Source of the DNA: a virus | Strand: one strand, 5' to 3' | DNA length: 64,000 bases | Virus record (IMG/VR): IMGVR_UViG_2840468577_000004 | Shown here: piece by piece, positions 1 to 9,813 of the stretch | Position numbering within the stretch: the stretch's first letter is position 1 | How the letters are laid out: every line of letters starts with the position of its first letter | The notes under the pieces: model-generated | Databases searched by the model: none | Told to the model about the DNA's origin: nothing | What the model saw: only the letters and a program-made list of their open reading frames with translations | Program-made: the position numbers and the translations under genes

Positions 1-888
1 TGCCTCATAAATCTTTTTATGAGCGTAACCAATGGCAGTATTGGCGCCCGCCTTGACCGGACGCAGGGGTACAGGTCCTTTTACATGGACCTTTTGGGAT
101 TTGACCTCCTTTTCAAATTTTAAGTGTTTTTTGGCTTTTCCGGTCTCCGGGTCGGAAACCGTCTCCATGCGCAGTTTCTTCCGGGCAGGTAGACGATTTT
201 GCGCCTGCTCTGCTTTTTGTGCAGTCCGTTCCGCCTTCCGTCTTGCATGGGTGAGCTTTTTATCCTTTGTCTCCGGCGGTAGTTCATCCGCAGTAAATTC
301 CAGCTTGGATGTTTTCGGCGGTTCGCTATCCATACCCTTTTCCTTCTGCGCTGCCTGTTCCTCCGCCTGTGCCGCTTCCTGAAAACGCTGCTGATATTTG
401 TTCCCATGCTGGTGTGTTCGGTAACGGTGTTCCTGACCGGATCTGTCTGTGCCGTTCGGTGGGGCTGAGCCTTCGGAAGAAGGAGCATATTTTCCGGTAT
501 CATGGTCTGTCACATCCTCTGTTACAAAAGAACGCCTGGAAGCCTCCTGCCGGAAATTGCTTCGCACGTTGTCCTGTATCGGGGGCGCTGTCCTGGTAGC
601 ATCCGGTGTCTCAAAGTGTTCCGAAAAACCATCCAAAGCGGTTGCATACGCTTCGCCCTGTTCCAGCAAGGACGCCGGTGTTTCCGGTGACAGATGGGAA
701 AATTCCGTCTGTACAGGGATGTCCTGCCTGTGTGTCTTGCCGTTGACAGAAGAAGGGGTGTCCCGTGCCCTGCGCAGGTCAAAATCCTGTTCGGTCTGCC
801 TGGCTGCCGGTTGATCCTCCCCGTGGGAATCACGCACCGGCATCCGGGTATCTTTGCGCCTCCTTTGAAATTCCCTGTCGTGTGCCAT
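1..888 (-). CDS. ICE cell-wall hydrolase-type protein (CD1108/VirB1-like), N-terminal part; runs off the window
   Basis: ATG at 888 after GGAGG; open frame MAHDREFQRR...KGPVPLRPVKAGANTAIGYAHKKIYEA to base 1; position right after virB4. Catalytic domain not visible. Confidence 0.65.
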   Translation of the reverse strand, partial: MAHDREFQRRRKDTRMPVRDSHGEDQPAARQTEQDFDLRRARDTPSSVNGKTHRQDIPVQTEFSHLSPETPASLLEQGEAYATALDGFSEHFETPDATRTAPPIQDNVRSNFRQEASRRSFVTEDVTDHDTGKYAPSSEGSAPPNGTDRSGQEHRYRTHQHGNKYQQRFQEAAQAEEQAAQKEKGMDSEPPKTSKLEFTADELPPETKDKKLTHARRKAERTAQKAEQAQNRLPARKKLRMETVSDPETGKAKKHLKFEKEVKSQKVHVKGPVPLRPVKAGANTAIGYAHKKIYEA

Positions 889-921
889 TGTTCTCACCTC
901 CGATCCATTTTAATTTTTGTC

Positions 922-3396
922 TCACGCTTTGGTCCCCGCTACTTCATCCGGTCTTGTGGTAAGCACGCTGTACAAGAGTGTGTCCTTCGGGAAGTGGTCC
1001 ACAAAAGGGATGATCACATTTCCAAAGAACAAAAGCCCCTCGCCGGGACCGGAATGGGTCACATACGAAAGCTGGTGCGGGGAGATTCCCAACTGCTTTG
1101 CCAAAATCTGACGGTCTCCCTGGGCCTGGTTGAGCATATAGATAAAGTCCGAGTTCTCAAAAATATTTTCGATCTCACGGGAAGCCAGAAGGTCCTTGAC
1201 ATTCTGCGTTAAACCTGATGGAATTCCGCCCCATTTACGGAAGCGTTTCCAGATCTCCACGCTGAAACTTCCTGTCTGCCCTTTCAAAAGAAGATGGAAT
1301 TCGTCGATATAGAACCAGGTTGTTTTATGTTTGGAGCGATTGGCCGTGACACGGTTCCACACCGCATCCTGCATGATCAAAAGCCCGATTTCCTTTAAGG
1401 CTTTTCCCAGTGACTTAAGCTGGAAACACAGTACCCGGTGTTTATCCATCTGGATATTGGAACGGTGGTTGAACACGTTAAGGGAACCATTGACATAGAT
1501 TTCCAGCGCTGTTGCGATATTCTGTGCCTCCGGTTCAGACTGTTTCAAAAGCAGCTCGTAAAGATCACCTAAGATCGGCATATTTTCCGGGCACGGGTCC
1601 TGCAGGTATTCCCGGTACACCAGTCTGGTACAACGGTCGATGATCGTCCTTTCAATGGGGGAAAGTCCTTCTTTGCCGCCGATGATAAGGTCACACAGCG
1701 ACAGGATAAAATCACTTTTCAAAGTGATCGGGTTTTCATCATCGGAATAGTCCAGATTGATGTCCATCGGGTTGATGTAGTTCGTGGAAGTAGGGGAAAT
1801 ATCAATGACCTGCCCCTGGGAACCGAACTGCTGTACCAGCGGCCCATACTCATTTTCCGGGTCGGCGATAATGATGTCGTCCTCCGTCAGAAGGAACACA
1901 TTGACGATCTCACGCTTGGCAGAGAAAGATTTGCCGCTTCCTGGGGTACCGAGAAACAGCCCATTGGGGTTTTTCAGCGTTTTTCTGTTCGCCATGATCA
2001 AGTTATTGGAAAGGGCGTTCAGGCCGTAATACAATGCCTCGCCCTCCTGGAACAGTTCACAGGTGGTAAACGGTACAAAGATCGCTGTGCTGCTGGTCGT
2101 AAGCCCGTGCTCAATCTCAATCTGGTTCGTACCAAGAGCAAGCGAGGACATAAGCCCCTGTTCCTGCTGGTAATCCAGCCGTTTTAAGGCACAGTTGTAT
2201 TTCTGTGCCACACCCGAAGCGGCAAAAATATCATTGAACAGCTTCTGACGTTTGGCAGCGATATTTTCCACCAGTACCGTCACAAGGAACATGCGCTCAT
2301 TGCGGCTCTGTAAATCCTGCAAAAGATTTTTGGCTTCTTCTCCATAGGTGGCAAGGTCGGTGGGAATGATGTCCATGTCATACCCAGATCGGACCGCTTT
2401 CTTTTGTTCCTCAATGGTCATTTTCTGCAGGTCCGACATTTTACGCTTGATGTTTCGGATCGCCTGCGCCTGGTCGATAGACTGGATATGCAGGTTGACG
2501 GTCACGGCGTCGTTTAAGTCAAGAAGATCCGCTAAAAGCCGGTCGGTAAGCTCCGGCGCCAAAATCTGCAAAAAGGAGACAGCACCGGAATGATCGCCTA
2601 CCCGGAATGTCTTTCCATCCTTTGAAAAAGACAGCCCGGATGGGGAAATGAAGTCTTTGGTAGAAAGACCGGTCTTAGGCAGATCCGACCACTGGAAATG
2701 AAACTTTTCCTGACCGTCCGGGTGAAGCTGGCTGTGAAGAAGCTCCAGACGTTCCAGTCCGTTTAAGGATCTTGCCTGGACTCCAAGGGTCTTGAAATTT
2801 GCCAGCACATCCGTTTCAATGCGTTCCAGACGCATTTTAGCAGTACGCAGGTCATCTGCCTCGATCCCAAAGGTAATGTATTTACGTTTGGTGAGACCGT
2901 TATTTCCTTTCTGCAACTGGTTCTTTAACATATCCCCGTATTCCCTGCGGATTCCGTCATACTCGTCGCCGCGGGGAGGGATGTCAATGCTTCTGGTAAA
3001 ATCCTGCATATTGGCCCGCTGGTTGATAAAGGTAAGCTGCACATGGATCGAGGCGTCGAAGTAATTTAAGAAATCGCAGTAACCCTCGAAGATCTGTGCT
3101 TTATCATCTGCCTGTGCAAGCTGATAGTTAATATCAAAAAACTGCACCGTTTTGGTGTAAAGGGTATCAGTCAGCCGGCAGATCCCATCCCGGTACATTT
3201 CACGGTAGGGAATGCTCTGCTGGACCGTCTGCGGGGCATCTGCTTTCAGCCCGGCAAAAAAGCCGCCTTTTTTAGACGGCTTGGAACGGGCAGACTTAGT
3301 TTTGCCCTGCTTTGCATCGGCTCTGGTCTTTTTGGCCTGCCTGATGTTTTTTTGCAGACGCTTTTCCTGAGCTTCCTGCTGCTTGTTTTTTGGCAA
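922..3396 (-). CDS. virB4: VirB4-like conjugative ATPase
   Basis: 824 aa; Walker A GTPGSGKS, Walker B FYIDEFH, WKRFRKWGG. Confidence 0.93.
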   Translation of the reverse strand: MPKNKQQEAQEKRLQKNIRQAKKTRADAKQGKTKSARSKPSKKGGFFAGLKADAPQTVQQSIPYREMYRDGICRLTDTLYTKTVQFFDINYQLAQADDKAQIFEGYCDFLNYFDASIHVQLTFINQRANMQDFTRSIDIPPRGDEYDGIRREYGDMLKNQLQKGNNGLTKRKYITFGIEADDLRTAKMRLERIETDVLANFKTLGVQARSLNGLERLELLHSQLHPDGQEKFHFQWSDLPKTGLSTKDFISPSGLSFSKDGKTFRVGDHSGAVSFLQILAPELTDRLLADLLDLNDAVTVNLHIQSIDQAQAIRNIKRKMSDLQKMTIEEQKKAVRSGYDMDIIPTDLATYGEEAKNLLQDLQSRNERMFLVTVLVENIAAKRQKLFNDIFAASGVAQKYNCALKRLDYQQEQGLMSSLALGTNQIEIEHGLTTSSTAIFVPFTTCELFQEGEALYYGLNALSNNLIMANRKTLKNPNGLFLGTPGSGKSFSAKREIVNVFLLTEDDIIIADPENEYGPLVQQFGSQGQVIDISPTSTNYINPMDINLDYSDDENPITLKSDFILSLCDLIIGGKEGLSPIERTIIDRCTRLVYREYLQDPCPENMPILGDLYELLLKQSEPEAQNIATALEIYVNGSLNVFNHRSNIQMDKHRVLCFQLKSLGKALKEIGLLIMQDAVWNRVTANRSKHKTTWFYIDEFHLLLKGQTGSFSVEIWKRFRKWGGIPSGLTQNVKDLLASREIENIFENSDFIYMLNQAQGDRQILAKQLGISPHQLSYVTHSGPGEGLLFFGNVIIPFVDHFPKDTLLYSVLTTRPDEVAGTKA

Positions 3397-3730
3397 TCTT
3401 TGTAACCTCCTTCTTTGACATAGATTTATACAGGTTATCCGTCCTGTATGGACGGTCCTTCGGCCAGAGCTTATAACGGAGCCGGTTCTTCAAAATCTTT
3501 TCTGCCGGCTGCCCGTCACGCTCATACATGGCGAAGAAGAAAAAGGGCATCATCAGCCCGATCATCAAAAGTACAGCCGCCGAGTTCCCGATCGCCCCGC
3601 GGGTAAAGAAATACACCGGAAGGCCGACAAGCCCGGCAAGGCTGAAACAAATAAGCTGGCGCTTCGTCAGATTGAAGGCCAGCTTGGTCTTAACTTTGGT
3701 TAAATCCTTTGGTACAGGTACATAAGGCAT
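3296..3730 (-). CDS. prgI: PrgI-family membrane protein
   Basis: MPYVPVPKDLTKVKTKLAFNLTKRQLICF, two TM segments, directly upstream of virB4. Confidence 0.85.
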   Translation of the reverse strand: MPYVPVPKDLTKVKTKLAFNLTKRQLICFSLAGLVGLPVYFFTRGAIGNSAAVLLMIGLMMPFFFFAMYERDGQPAEKILKNRLRYKLWPKDRPYRTDNLYKSMSKKEVTKIAKKQAAGSSGKASAKKHQAGQKDQSRCKAGQN

Positions 3731-3766
3731 CTATACACCTCCCATCGTAATATAGTTTCCGGTCCA

Positions 3767-4513
3767 TTAGCGTGCACCAAAATCGCGTACCGCTTTCTCC
3801 GCAGCCGGACATTCCCGCACTTCCTGAGCCGCATTTTGCAGCCGTGCCAGGACAGAAACAGCCGGTCCTCTCTGACACAGGTATTCCTGGCTGTCTCGGA
3901 TTCCGGCAATATTTTCACGAATATCCATATCCACGTCGAACACATCCGAAACTGGCAAAAGCCAACGGTCTGCAAAGTATTTCAAAGGATTCTCAAGCGC
4001 CAGCACATCATCCAGCATTTCATCCCCGAACTCAAACTTTGTTGTCAGATAGGAATACGCCTCCTGCATGGCTGTAATTTCAGCAGCTTTTTCAATTAAG
4101 GATTCCTTATCCTTTGACATAAGGCTTTCCCGGTAGGCAAAGTAATTCTGTCCCAGTCGTTTCATCAGGAGCGTATATTTGTCCTGTGCGGAAGGCTCGC
4201 TTGTGAAATGTTCAAATTTTTGCTCTGCATCAATTTCTTTGAGAAGATCGCAGATCGGGAAACTGTGTTCATGGTTATTTTCTTCCCAACACCATCGGGC
4301 TACATCCAACGGGTCCTGAAAAGAAAGAAGCGCCTCTACTTCCGCCGGAGTAAATACATGCTCAACCTTCAGATAATAGTGGAGTTCCGAAAGTCCCTGT
4401 AACTCGTAAATACTGCCGATGTTCTGTGCATCCAGCATATCCGCATGAACCTTCAAACACTCGTCCAGCCGTTCCATAAGCAGCCGCTTTGCATCTTGTT
4501 CTATCAAAATCAC
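3767..4513 (-). CDS. ICE hypothetical protein (DUF3848-like)
   Basis: 248 aa ORF in the operon; family assignment from memory. Confidence 0.6.
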   Translation of the reverse strand: MILIEQDAKRLLMERLDECLKVHADMLDAQNIGSIYELQGLSELHYYLKVEHVFTPAEVEALLSFQDPLDVARWCWEENNHEHSFPICDLLKEIDAEQKFEHFTSEPSAQDKYTLLMKRLGQNYFAYRESLMSKDKESLIEKAAEITAMQEAYSYLTTKFEFGDEMLDDVLALENPLKYFADRWLLPVSDVFDVDMDIRENIAGIRDSQEYLCQRGPAVSVLARLQNAAQEVRECPAAEKAVRDFGAR

Positions 4514-5067
4514 CCCTTTCGCTCCGGCATAGTCAGCGTACAGTTCACTTCATTGCCCCATACATCCCAGCCGGGTGTCTTTTGTCTTGCAAACAGTCCC
4601 ACTCTGGGCTGATCGCCCATGAGTTTTACGATCTTATCCCGCACCTCGTCCGGTTTCTTGCTGTGCTGCTCAATATGGGAGATTACAAACTGATGGATTC
4701 CCGCACACTGGCGTTTCGGTCGGCCTCTGGTTGCCAGCAGGCAGACCTCCGCATTAGATCGGGTCCAAAAGCCCATGCCATAAAACCAGCTATCCGCTTT
4801 CCGGTTCTGTTTGAGCCATAGAAAAGCCAGCGTTTTATATTTGAATCCCCAGGCATCGATCACCCGGAAGGCTTCATTGAGCTGCGGGAAGGTCGCCCAC
4901 AGAAAAAGGGTGCTGTCTTTTGCGGCAAGTTCCGATACCGGCAGGGCACAGATTTCTTCAATGCTCATTGTGGGGTAATGGTTCTCCGCAACGCCGCTTC
5001 CATGTTTCCTATCATAGCGCCAGGGCGGATCGGCATAGATAATGCCGTACTGTTTCGTTTCCGGCAT
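4510..5067 (-). CDS. MT-A70 family adenine methyltransferase
   Basis: IIYADPPW catalytic motif, HSKKP, LFAR...GWDVWGNE. Confidence 0.88.
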   Translation of the reverse strand: MPETKQYGIIYADPPWRYDRKHGSGVAENHYPTMSIEEICALPVSELAAKDSTLFLWATFPQLNEAFRVIDAWGFKYKTLAFLWLKQNRKADSWFYGMGFWTRSNAEVCLLATRGRPKRQCAGIHQFVISHIEQHSKKPDEVRDKIVKLMGDQPRVGLFARQKTPGWDVWGNEVNCTLTMPERKG

Positions 5068-5519
5068 TAGCGAGCCTGCTCATTCTTAGATGGGGCAGGT
5101 TTGGCCGGCTGTTCTTTGACCTTACCGGCATTTTCCTTCAATGCACCGGTCAGGGAAGGTTTTTCCGCAGCTCCCTTTGTTGCTTCAAGAGTTGCTTGCA
5201 AATTTTCAATAGCCTGCCCATATCCATCGATCAGAGCGTCATTAAGCTGTTTGCGGAACTCTGCCGTAACCGGCCAGCAGACATCTTTCCAGTTGCCTCC
5301 CTTATCCTGGGTTGCGGGCATATTGACATACAGCCCCTTTTCACTGGAACAGATACGGAAGCCGTCAATCTTAAAGCATCCGCCAATCGTAACATTGGCA
5401 AACGCCAGCAGGTTTCCCATTGGGGCGATCGGACGCACGCGGACATCCAGCTTCATGCCGTTTGTCATTTCCGGCGTCTGTGTCTCCGGCGCCATTTTTT
5501 CTGTATTGGTTTTACTCAT
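5067..5519 (-). CDS. SpoVG-like nucleic-acid-binding protein
   Basis: LLAFANVTIGGCFKIDGFRI...GLYVNMP...WKDVCWPVTAEFR pattern. Confidence 0.8.
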   Translation of the reverse strand: MSKTNTEKMAPETQTPEMTNGMKLDVRVRPIAPMGNLLAFANVTIGGCFKIDGFRICSSEKGLYVNMPATQDKGGNWKDVCWPVTAEFRKQLNDALIDGYGQAIENLQATLEATKGAAEKPSLTGALKENAGKVKEQPAKPAPSKNEQAR

Positions 5520-5557
5520 ATATAAAATCCTCCTTTTTAGAATTGGTTTTGTTCATG

Positions 5558-6421
5558 CTATCTTGCATTAAATATGGATTTGGATAACGAACCTGTCTTA
5601 AACAGGGCAAAGGCCAGCAGTACCGTATAACCCGCCGTTCCCCAGATCGCGCCGTGCACGTCGCCGGACGATGGGATAGACTGGACCAGCACTGCATAAA
5701 TGGCAACACAGATCAGAATCAAAAAACCCTGAAAACCCAGGGCAAAAAGGGAACGCAGATACCCGGTTCCCATTTGTCCCCATTCCCGGTTTGCCATTGT
5801 GGAAAACGGGATCGGTGCAAGGCTCACGGTTAAATAAATCTCGATCATACGGCCATATACAATGACAAAGATCACGATGGACAGTACCCACATACACAGA
5901 TTGATGATGTTGGTTTCCAGCCACAGTCCAATCAGTTCCCACATTCCCATTACTTCAAGCTGGGTTTCCAGATCAGACAACGCCGCCTGCACATCCAGGT
6001 TCCCGTTTATGACACCGGCACTTTGCGACACCACATTTTGGGCCACATCAAAGACCGCCATCACAATCGTAAAACAGTTGGTGAGCAGGTAAGTGGCAAC
6101 AAAAGTCTTGAAAATCCACTTGAAGATGTTGAATGTATCGAATTCGTGCATGTTGTTCTTTTCGAGAATCATCTGGATCAGTTCATACACCAGAACAAAG
6201 GTCAGGATCATGCCCGCAATGGGAATGACGACAGTTTCCGAAAGATTTTGGATCATGGAAAATACGCCGCCATTCCAGCCCTGCGGGGTCTGTCCTACTT
6301 GATTTGCCACATCCGCAACCTGATTGTTGACGGAGTTGAAAATGCTGGTGTACTGTCCGGTGATCGCATCGATCAAGCCCTCTTTAATCCAGTCTGTTAT
6401 CCGTTCAAACAGACTGCCCAT
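5558..6421 (-). CDS. VirB6/TrbL-like conjugation membrane protein
   Basis: 287 aa polytopic protein; GRMIEIYL...LAPIPFST motif; synteny. Confidence 0.85.
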   Translation of the reverse strand: MGSLFERITDWIKEGLIDAITGQYTSIFNSVNNQVADVANQVGQTPQGWNGGVFSMIQNLSETVVIPIAGMILTFVLVYELIQMILEKNNMHEFDTFNIFKWIFKTFVATYLLTNCFTIVMAVFDVAQNVVSQSAGVINGNLDVQAALSDLETQLEVMGMWELIGLWLETNIINLCMWVLSIVIFVIVYGRMIEIYLTVSLAPIPFSTMANREWGQMGTGYLRSLFALGFQGFLILICVAIYAVLVQSIPSSGDVHGAIWGTAGYTVLLAFALFKTGSLSKSIFNAR

Positions 6422-6431
6422 AAATCAGCCC

Positions 6432-6647
6432 TTAACCGAACAGGCCGGAAAGCAGCGGAATCAGCGTTGCACCAACCAGAGCGATACCTCCGCCTGCCAT
6501 AAGCTGCTTGATCCCCTGGGATTTTGCACCTGGGTTATCATTTCCGTAACCTTCGAGAAGGTTTACAACACCCCATGCGCCCAGACCTGCGCCCAGGGCG
6601 ATCACAAGGATCTTCAAAGTATCAATCGCGCTTGCAAAAAATGCCAT
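6432..6647 (-). CDS. Maff2-family small membrane (pilin-like) protein
   Basis: NLLEGYGNDNPGAKSQGIKQLMAGGG signature. Confidence 0.88.
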   Translation of the reverse strand: MAFFASAIDTLKILVIALGAGLGAWGVVNLLEGYGNDNPGAKSQGIKQLMAGGGIALVGATLIPLLSGLFG

Positions 6648-6892
6648 AATGTTCCTCCTTTAATTTCAGAAATTTTAATTTGTGATATGGCCGTATCAGG
6701 CCGGAAACAAAAAAAGTCGCCGCACTGTTTTTAGAAAAAAATCTGTTTCAAACAGCACGGCGGCATGGGGCAGGAAGAATCCTGCGGTTATTTACTTTTC
6801 AGGGAGAATCACGAATCCTCAAAAAATCCTCCTTTCATCGTGACAAAAACAAAGCCTGCCGGGGCATCATGCTTTGACAGGCAGGAACAACT

Positions 6893-7297
6893 CTATAAAG
6901 TCTGGGAAGCCAGATCTTCGGCTGTGACTTCATAATTGCGGTATCGTTCACCGGGACGCATCGGCATCCGGGTAGAAAGAAACTTTTCGATATTAAAAGC
7001 GTTCTTCTCATTAAAATCGGAAAGCAGTTTGTAATTTGGGTGTTTGGTTATATCGTATTTCCGGGAGAGGAACGGCCGCACACCCCTGATCTGCAGCAGA
7101 CATTTGCCCCCGTCCATAACTGCCAGTTCATCCACCGACATCAGATCCTTTCCCAGCTTTTGAAAATTTTGTCCGTGGGATTCCTGATTGCCCTTTGTGA
7201 CACTGGTGTTATACAGGTCGATGGTCTCTTTCCCCAATAGGGAGTTCCAGCTTTTTAAGGTGGTTTCTTCTTTGCCTCCTAAGAAAAGAGAGGCGTC
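6893..7297 (-). CDS. virD4: VirD4 coupling protein, 3' exon
   Basis: Frame begins DASLFLGGKEETTLK..., continuing exon 1 (...IGNC) after the intron is removed. Confidence 0.9.
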   Translation of the reverse strand, partial: DASLFLGGKEETTLKSWNSLLGKETIDLYNTSVTKGNQESHGQNFQKLGKDLMSVDELAVMDGGKCLLQIRGVRPFLSRKYDITKHPNYKLLSDFNEKNAFNIEKFLSTRMPMRPGERYRNYEVTAEDLASQTL

Positions 7298-9813
7298 ATG
7301 AGGTAAGGTTCAGCTCATCCTTTGCAGGACTTGCGTCCCCTCCCTCCCAAACCGCACGTACACCTCTCGATGTATACGGCTTTCCGCTTATTGTATTTGC
7401 GGTATTAAGAATGAATCAGTTTATGACATTCGGGGCATACCACAAGAGTTTTCCTTCTCCTTTTGCGCATAAGGAGTACCCACTCCGCATTGCCCTTTAA
7501 GTCTTTTAGTTTCTTTACTTGATGGATTTCCAGATTTCTGCAATCCTTTCCACAGAGTTCACAGGTATGGCGTTCCACTCTCTGTTTCAGAGTGTTGGTT
7601 TTAGCGTATTTTGAGAATTGCGGAAGTTCGCTCACATTGTCAAACTTTGTAGCTGATTCTTTTCGCTTAAACCCGTCTCTGTAAAAGGTCGTGGTTTTCC
7701 TTCCTGCTCTGGTATCGTATGCGATTGTAAACAGACCTCCAACACAGTATCTGCGCTTGATTTCGTGAACATTTGTTTTATACTTACAAGCAAATGTCTT
7801 GTACATACTGTACTTCATAAGATTGGCAAATCTGCCTATCTTAAAGGAATCATTCGCTATGGCATAATAGTTGTACAGTCCACGAACTTCCGCATTATAT
7901 CTCGCCAGAATCTCTATATCGCTTTGATTTACCAGTTTTCCTCTGTGTAGGGCTACAAATCTTTCTTTTCCGTTTTCGTTAATCTTGATTTTGATTGCAT
8001 GATATTCCAGTAACTTTCCCACCCATTTTTCTCTGGGTACAAGTAATTTCACCACTCCTGCATTGCTTCTGATTTTGTATCCTCCTGCGGATTTCTTTAA
8101 ATCCTGACTTCTGGATACCGTAATGTCATAGCCTAAAAATCTGGCTCTGTCTCCTGTATGCGTAACTTTGGTTTTGGTTTCGGACATTTCCAAATCCAGT
8201 TCTTCCCTGAGAAATCTGCCGACGTCAGCTTTCATCTGTTCTGCGTCCGCTTTGCTCCCAATTACTCCAATGATGAAATCATCAGCGTATCGGGTGTACT
8301 GAATCCGTTTATACGTCTCATCCAAAGGTTCGGTCGGAGTTAGCTGTCGTGTTTGCTTTTCAAGCATTTTCAAATGTTTATTGCGTTCCCAGCGTTCTTC
8401 TGGAGATAAATCCGCCCACTTCTTTTTGCCCATACATCTATAATAGGATGCCTTTTTGACAACTTTCTTGTAGTCGGAGTTCATTTGTTTCTTCTTTCCT
8501 CGGTTATATTTCTGTGCATATTCCTCCATAAATTTATCTAATTCGTGAAGGTACACATTTGCAAGCACTGGACTGACACCTGAACCCTGCGGTACTCCGC
8601 TGTATGTCCGATTGTACGTCCATTGCTCCATATAGCCTGCTTTTAGAAATTTCCAGATGAGTTGTAGAAACATTTCATCATCAATACGTTTTCTCAGCAA
8701 TCTGATGATTGTGTGGTGATTAAAACTGTCGAAGCAGGCGTGTATATCGCCCTCAACAAACCAGTTCGTTCCCGTAAAGGTTTTCTGTATCTGGTATAAT
8801 GCTGTCTGACAGCTTTTGTTTGGTCTGAACCCATGAGATGTTTTCTTAAACACAGGCTCATAAATGCTTTCTAAAATCATCTTCACTACTTCCTGCACCA
8901 GTTTGTCATTGCCCGACTGGATTCCCAACGGACGCTTTTTATTACTGTTTTTCTTAGCAATATATTCCCTGCGTGCAGGTTTTGGCAGGTAACTTTTATC
9001 TCGCATGGATTCAATAATCCTTTGGATTCTTTCGTCACTCATGCCATCAATAGTAGTTCCATCTGCACCGGCAGTCATACTGCCTGTGTTTGCATATATG
9101 TTTTTATATGCAAGCCAATAGAACTCTGGATTGTACAGATTCCGATATAATCTTTGAAACCTGTAAGATTCATTCTTTGACTTTTCCGTCAAACTACTTA
9201 ATACTTGGATTGGATTTCTCAATGCCTCTCGCACCGTCCTTTCATATCGTATTAGTAAATAAGCTGCTCCCCTTCGCCATGTGAACGTCATTAACGTCTC
9301 AGACTACTATGGGAGCTGTGTGACCATGCCCGTTACCAGGTTTAGGTCATCCCCAGTTAGTATTTATGGAATTAGCGTTTCGTGTTGTCGGCACCGACTT
9401 TCGCCATTTACCCGCTGTCTTGCGGTTGTCCTTCCATGAGTATCGCTTGCTTTCATAACTGCGAAATGAAACCAACATGGAATAGCATACGTTTCAATCC
9501 TTTTCGTATGCGGAGTGCGGATTCCCCCACTCTGGCTATCGTTCAGGCAGTTTAGCTTTGTACCTCATACACGAATTTTTATTCTTGAATTTTCAGATAC
9601 ACAGGATTAGTACCTTATCATTCAGGCTTTTATCCATTGACAAAAGCGACAACATGCTACACTCCCCTTCGGGTTTCCCCTCTCGGATAAGTTGTAGAAT
9701 AATAGGCTGTGATTTTTCATCACTTGATACTTTTACCTACTGCTTGCTAAAGGCAGTATTCCATAAATACCACGCCGCCGAATTTATAATGCGCTGGCGA
9801 CTTCTGGGCGCAC
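7298..9813 (-). mobile_element. Group II intron (2516 nt) inserted in virD4
   Basis: 5' end GTGCG at 9813, 3' end ...CTCAT at 7298; domain V-like GAAAGCCGTATACATCGAGAGGTGTACGTGCGGTTTG near 7348-7384; candidate EBS1 GCAGTT (9457-9462) in a hairpin loop pairs with exon end AACTGT; splicing restores the reading frame. Confidence 0.93.
7405..9291 (-). CDS. ltrA: Group II intron reverse transcriptase/maturase (LtrA-like) with C-terminal Zn/HNH-like domain
   Basis: GVPQGSGVSP, RYADDF, C-terminal CELC...CPECH; true start is probably somewhat downstream (LRNPIQVL). Confidence 0.93.
   Translation of the reverse strand: MTFTWRRGAAYLLIRYERTVREALRNPIQVLSSLTEKSKNESYRFQRLYRNLYNPEFYWLAYKNIYANTGSMTAGADGTTIDGMSDERIQRIIESMRDKSYLPKPARREYIAKKNSNKKRPLGIQSGNDKLVQEVVKMILESIYEPVFKKTSHGFRPNKSCQTALYQIQKTFTGTNWFVEGDIHACFDSFNHHTIIRLLRKRIDDEMFLQLIWKFLKAGYMEQWTYNRTYSGVPQGSGVSPVLANVYLHELDKFMEEYAQKYNRGKKKQMNSDYKKVVKKASYYRCMGKKKWADLSPEERWERNKHLKMLEKQTRQLTPTEPLDETYKRIQYTRYADDFIIGVIGSKADAEQMKADVGRFLREELDLEMSETKTKVTHTGDRARFLGYDITVSRSQDLKKSAGGYKIRSNAGVVKLLVPREKWVGKLLEYHAIKIKINENGKERFVALHRGKLVNQSDIEILARYNAEVRGLYNYYAIANDSFKIGRFANLMKYSMYKTFACKYKTNVHEIKRRYCVGGLFTIAYDTRAGRKTTTFYRDGFKRKESATKFDNVSELPQFSKYAKTNTLKQRVERHTCELCGKDCRNLEIHQVKKLKDLKGNAEWVLLMRKRRRKTLVVCPECHKLIHS

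Noticed and set aside
9784..9813. virD4 ending in VRPEVASAL* as a simple truncated pseudogene
   Set aside because: These residues are read-through into the intron; splicing restores the gene
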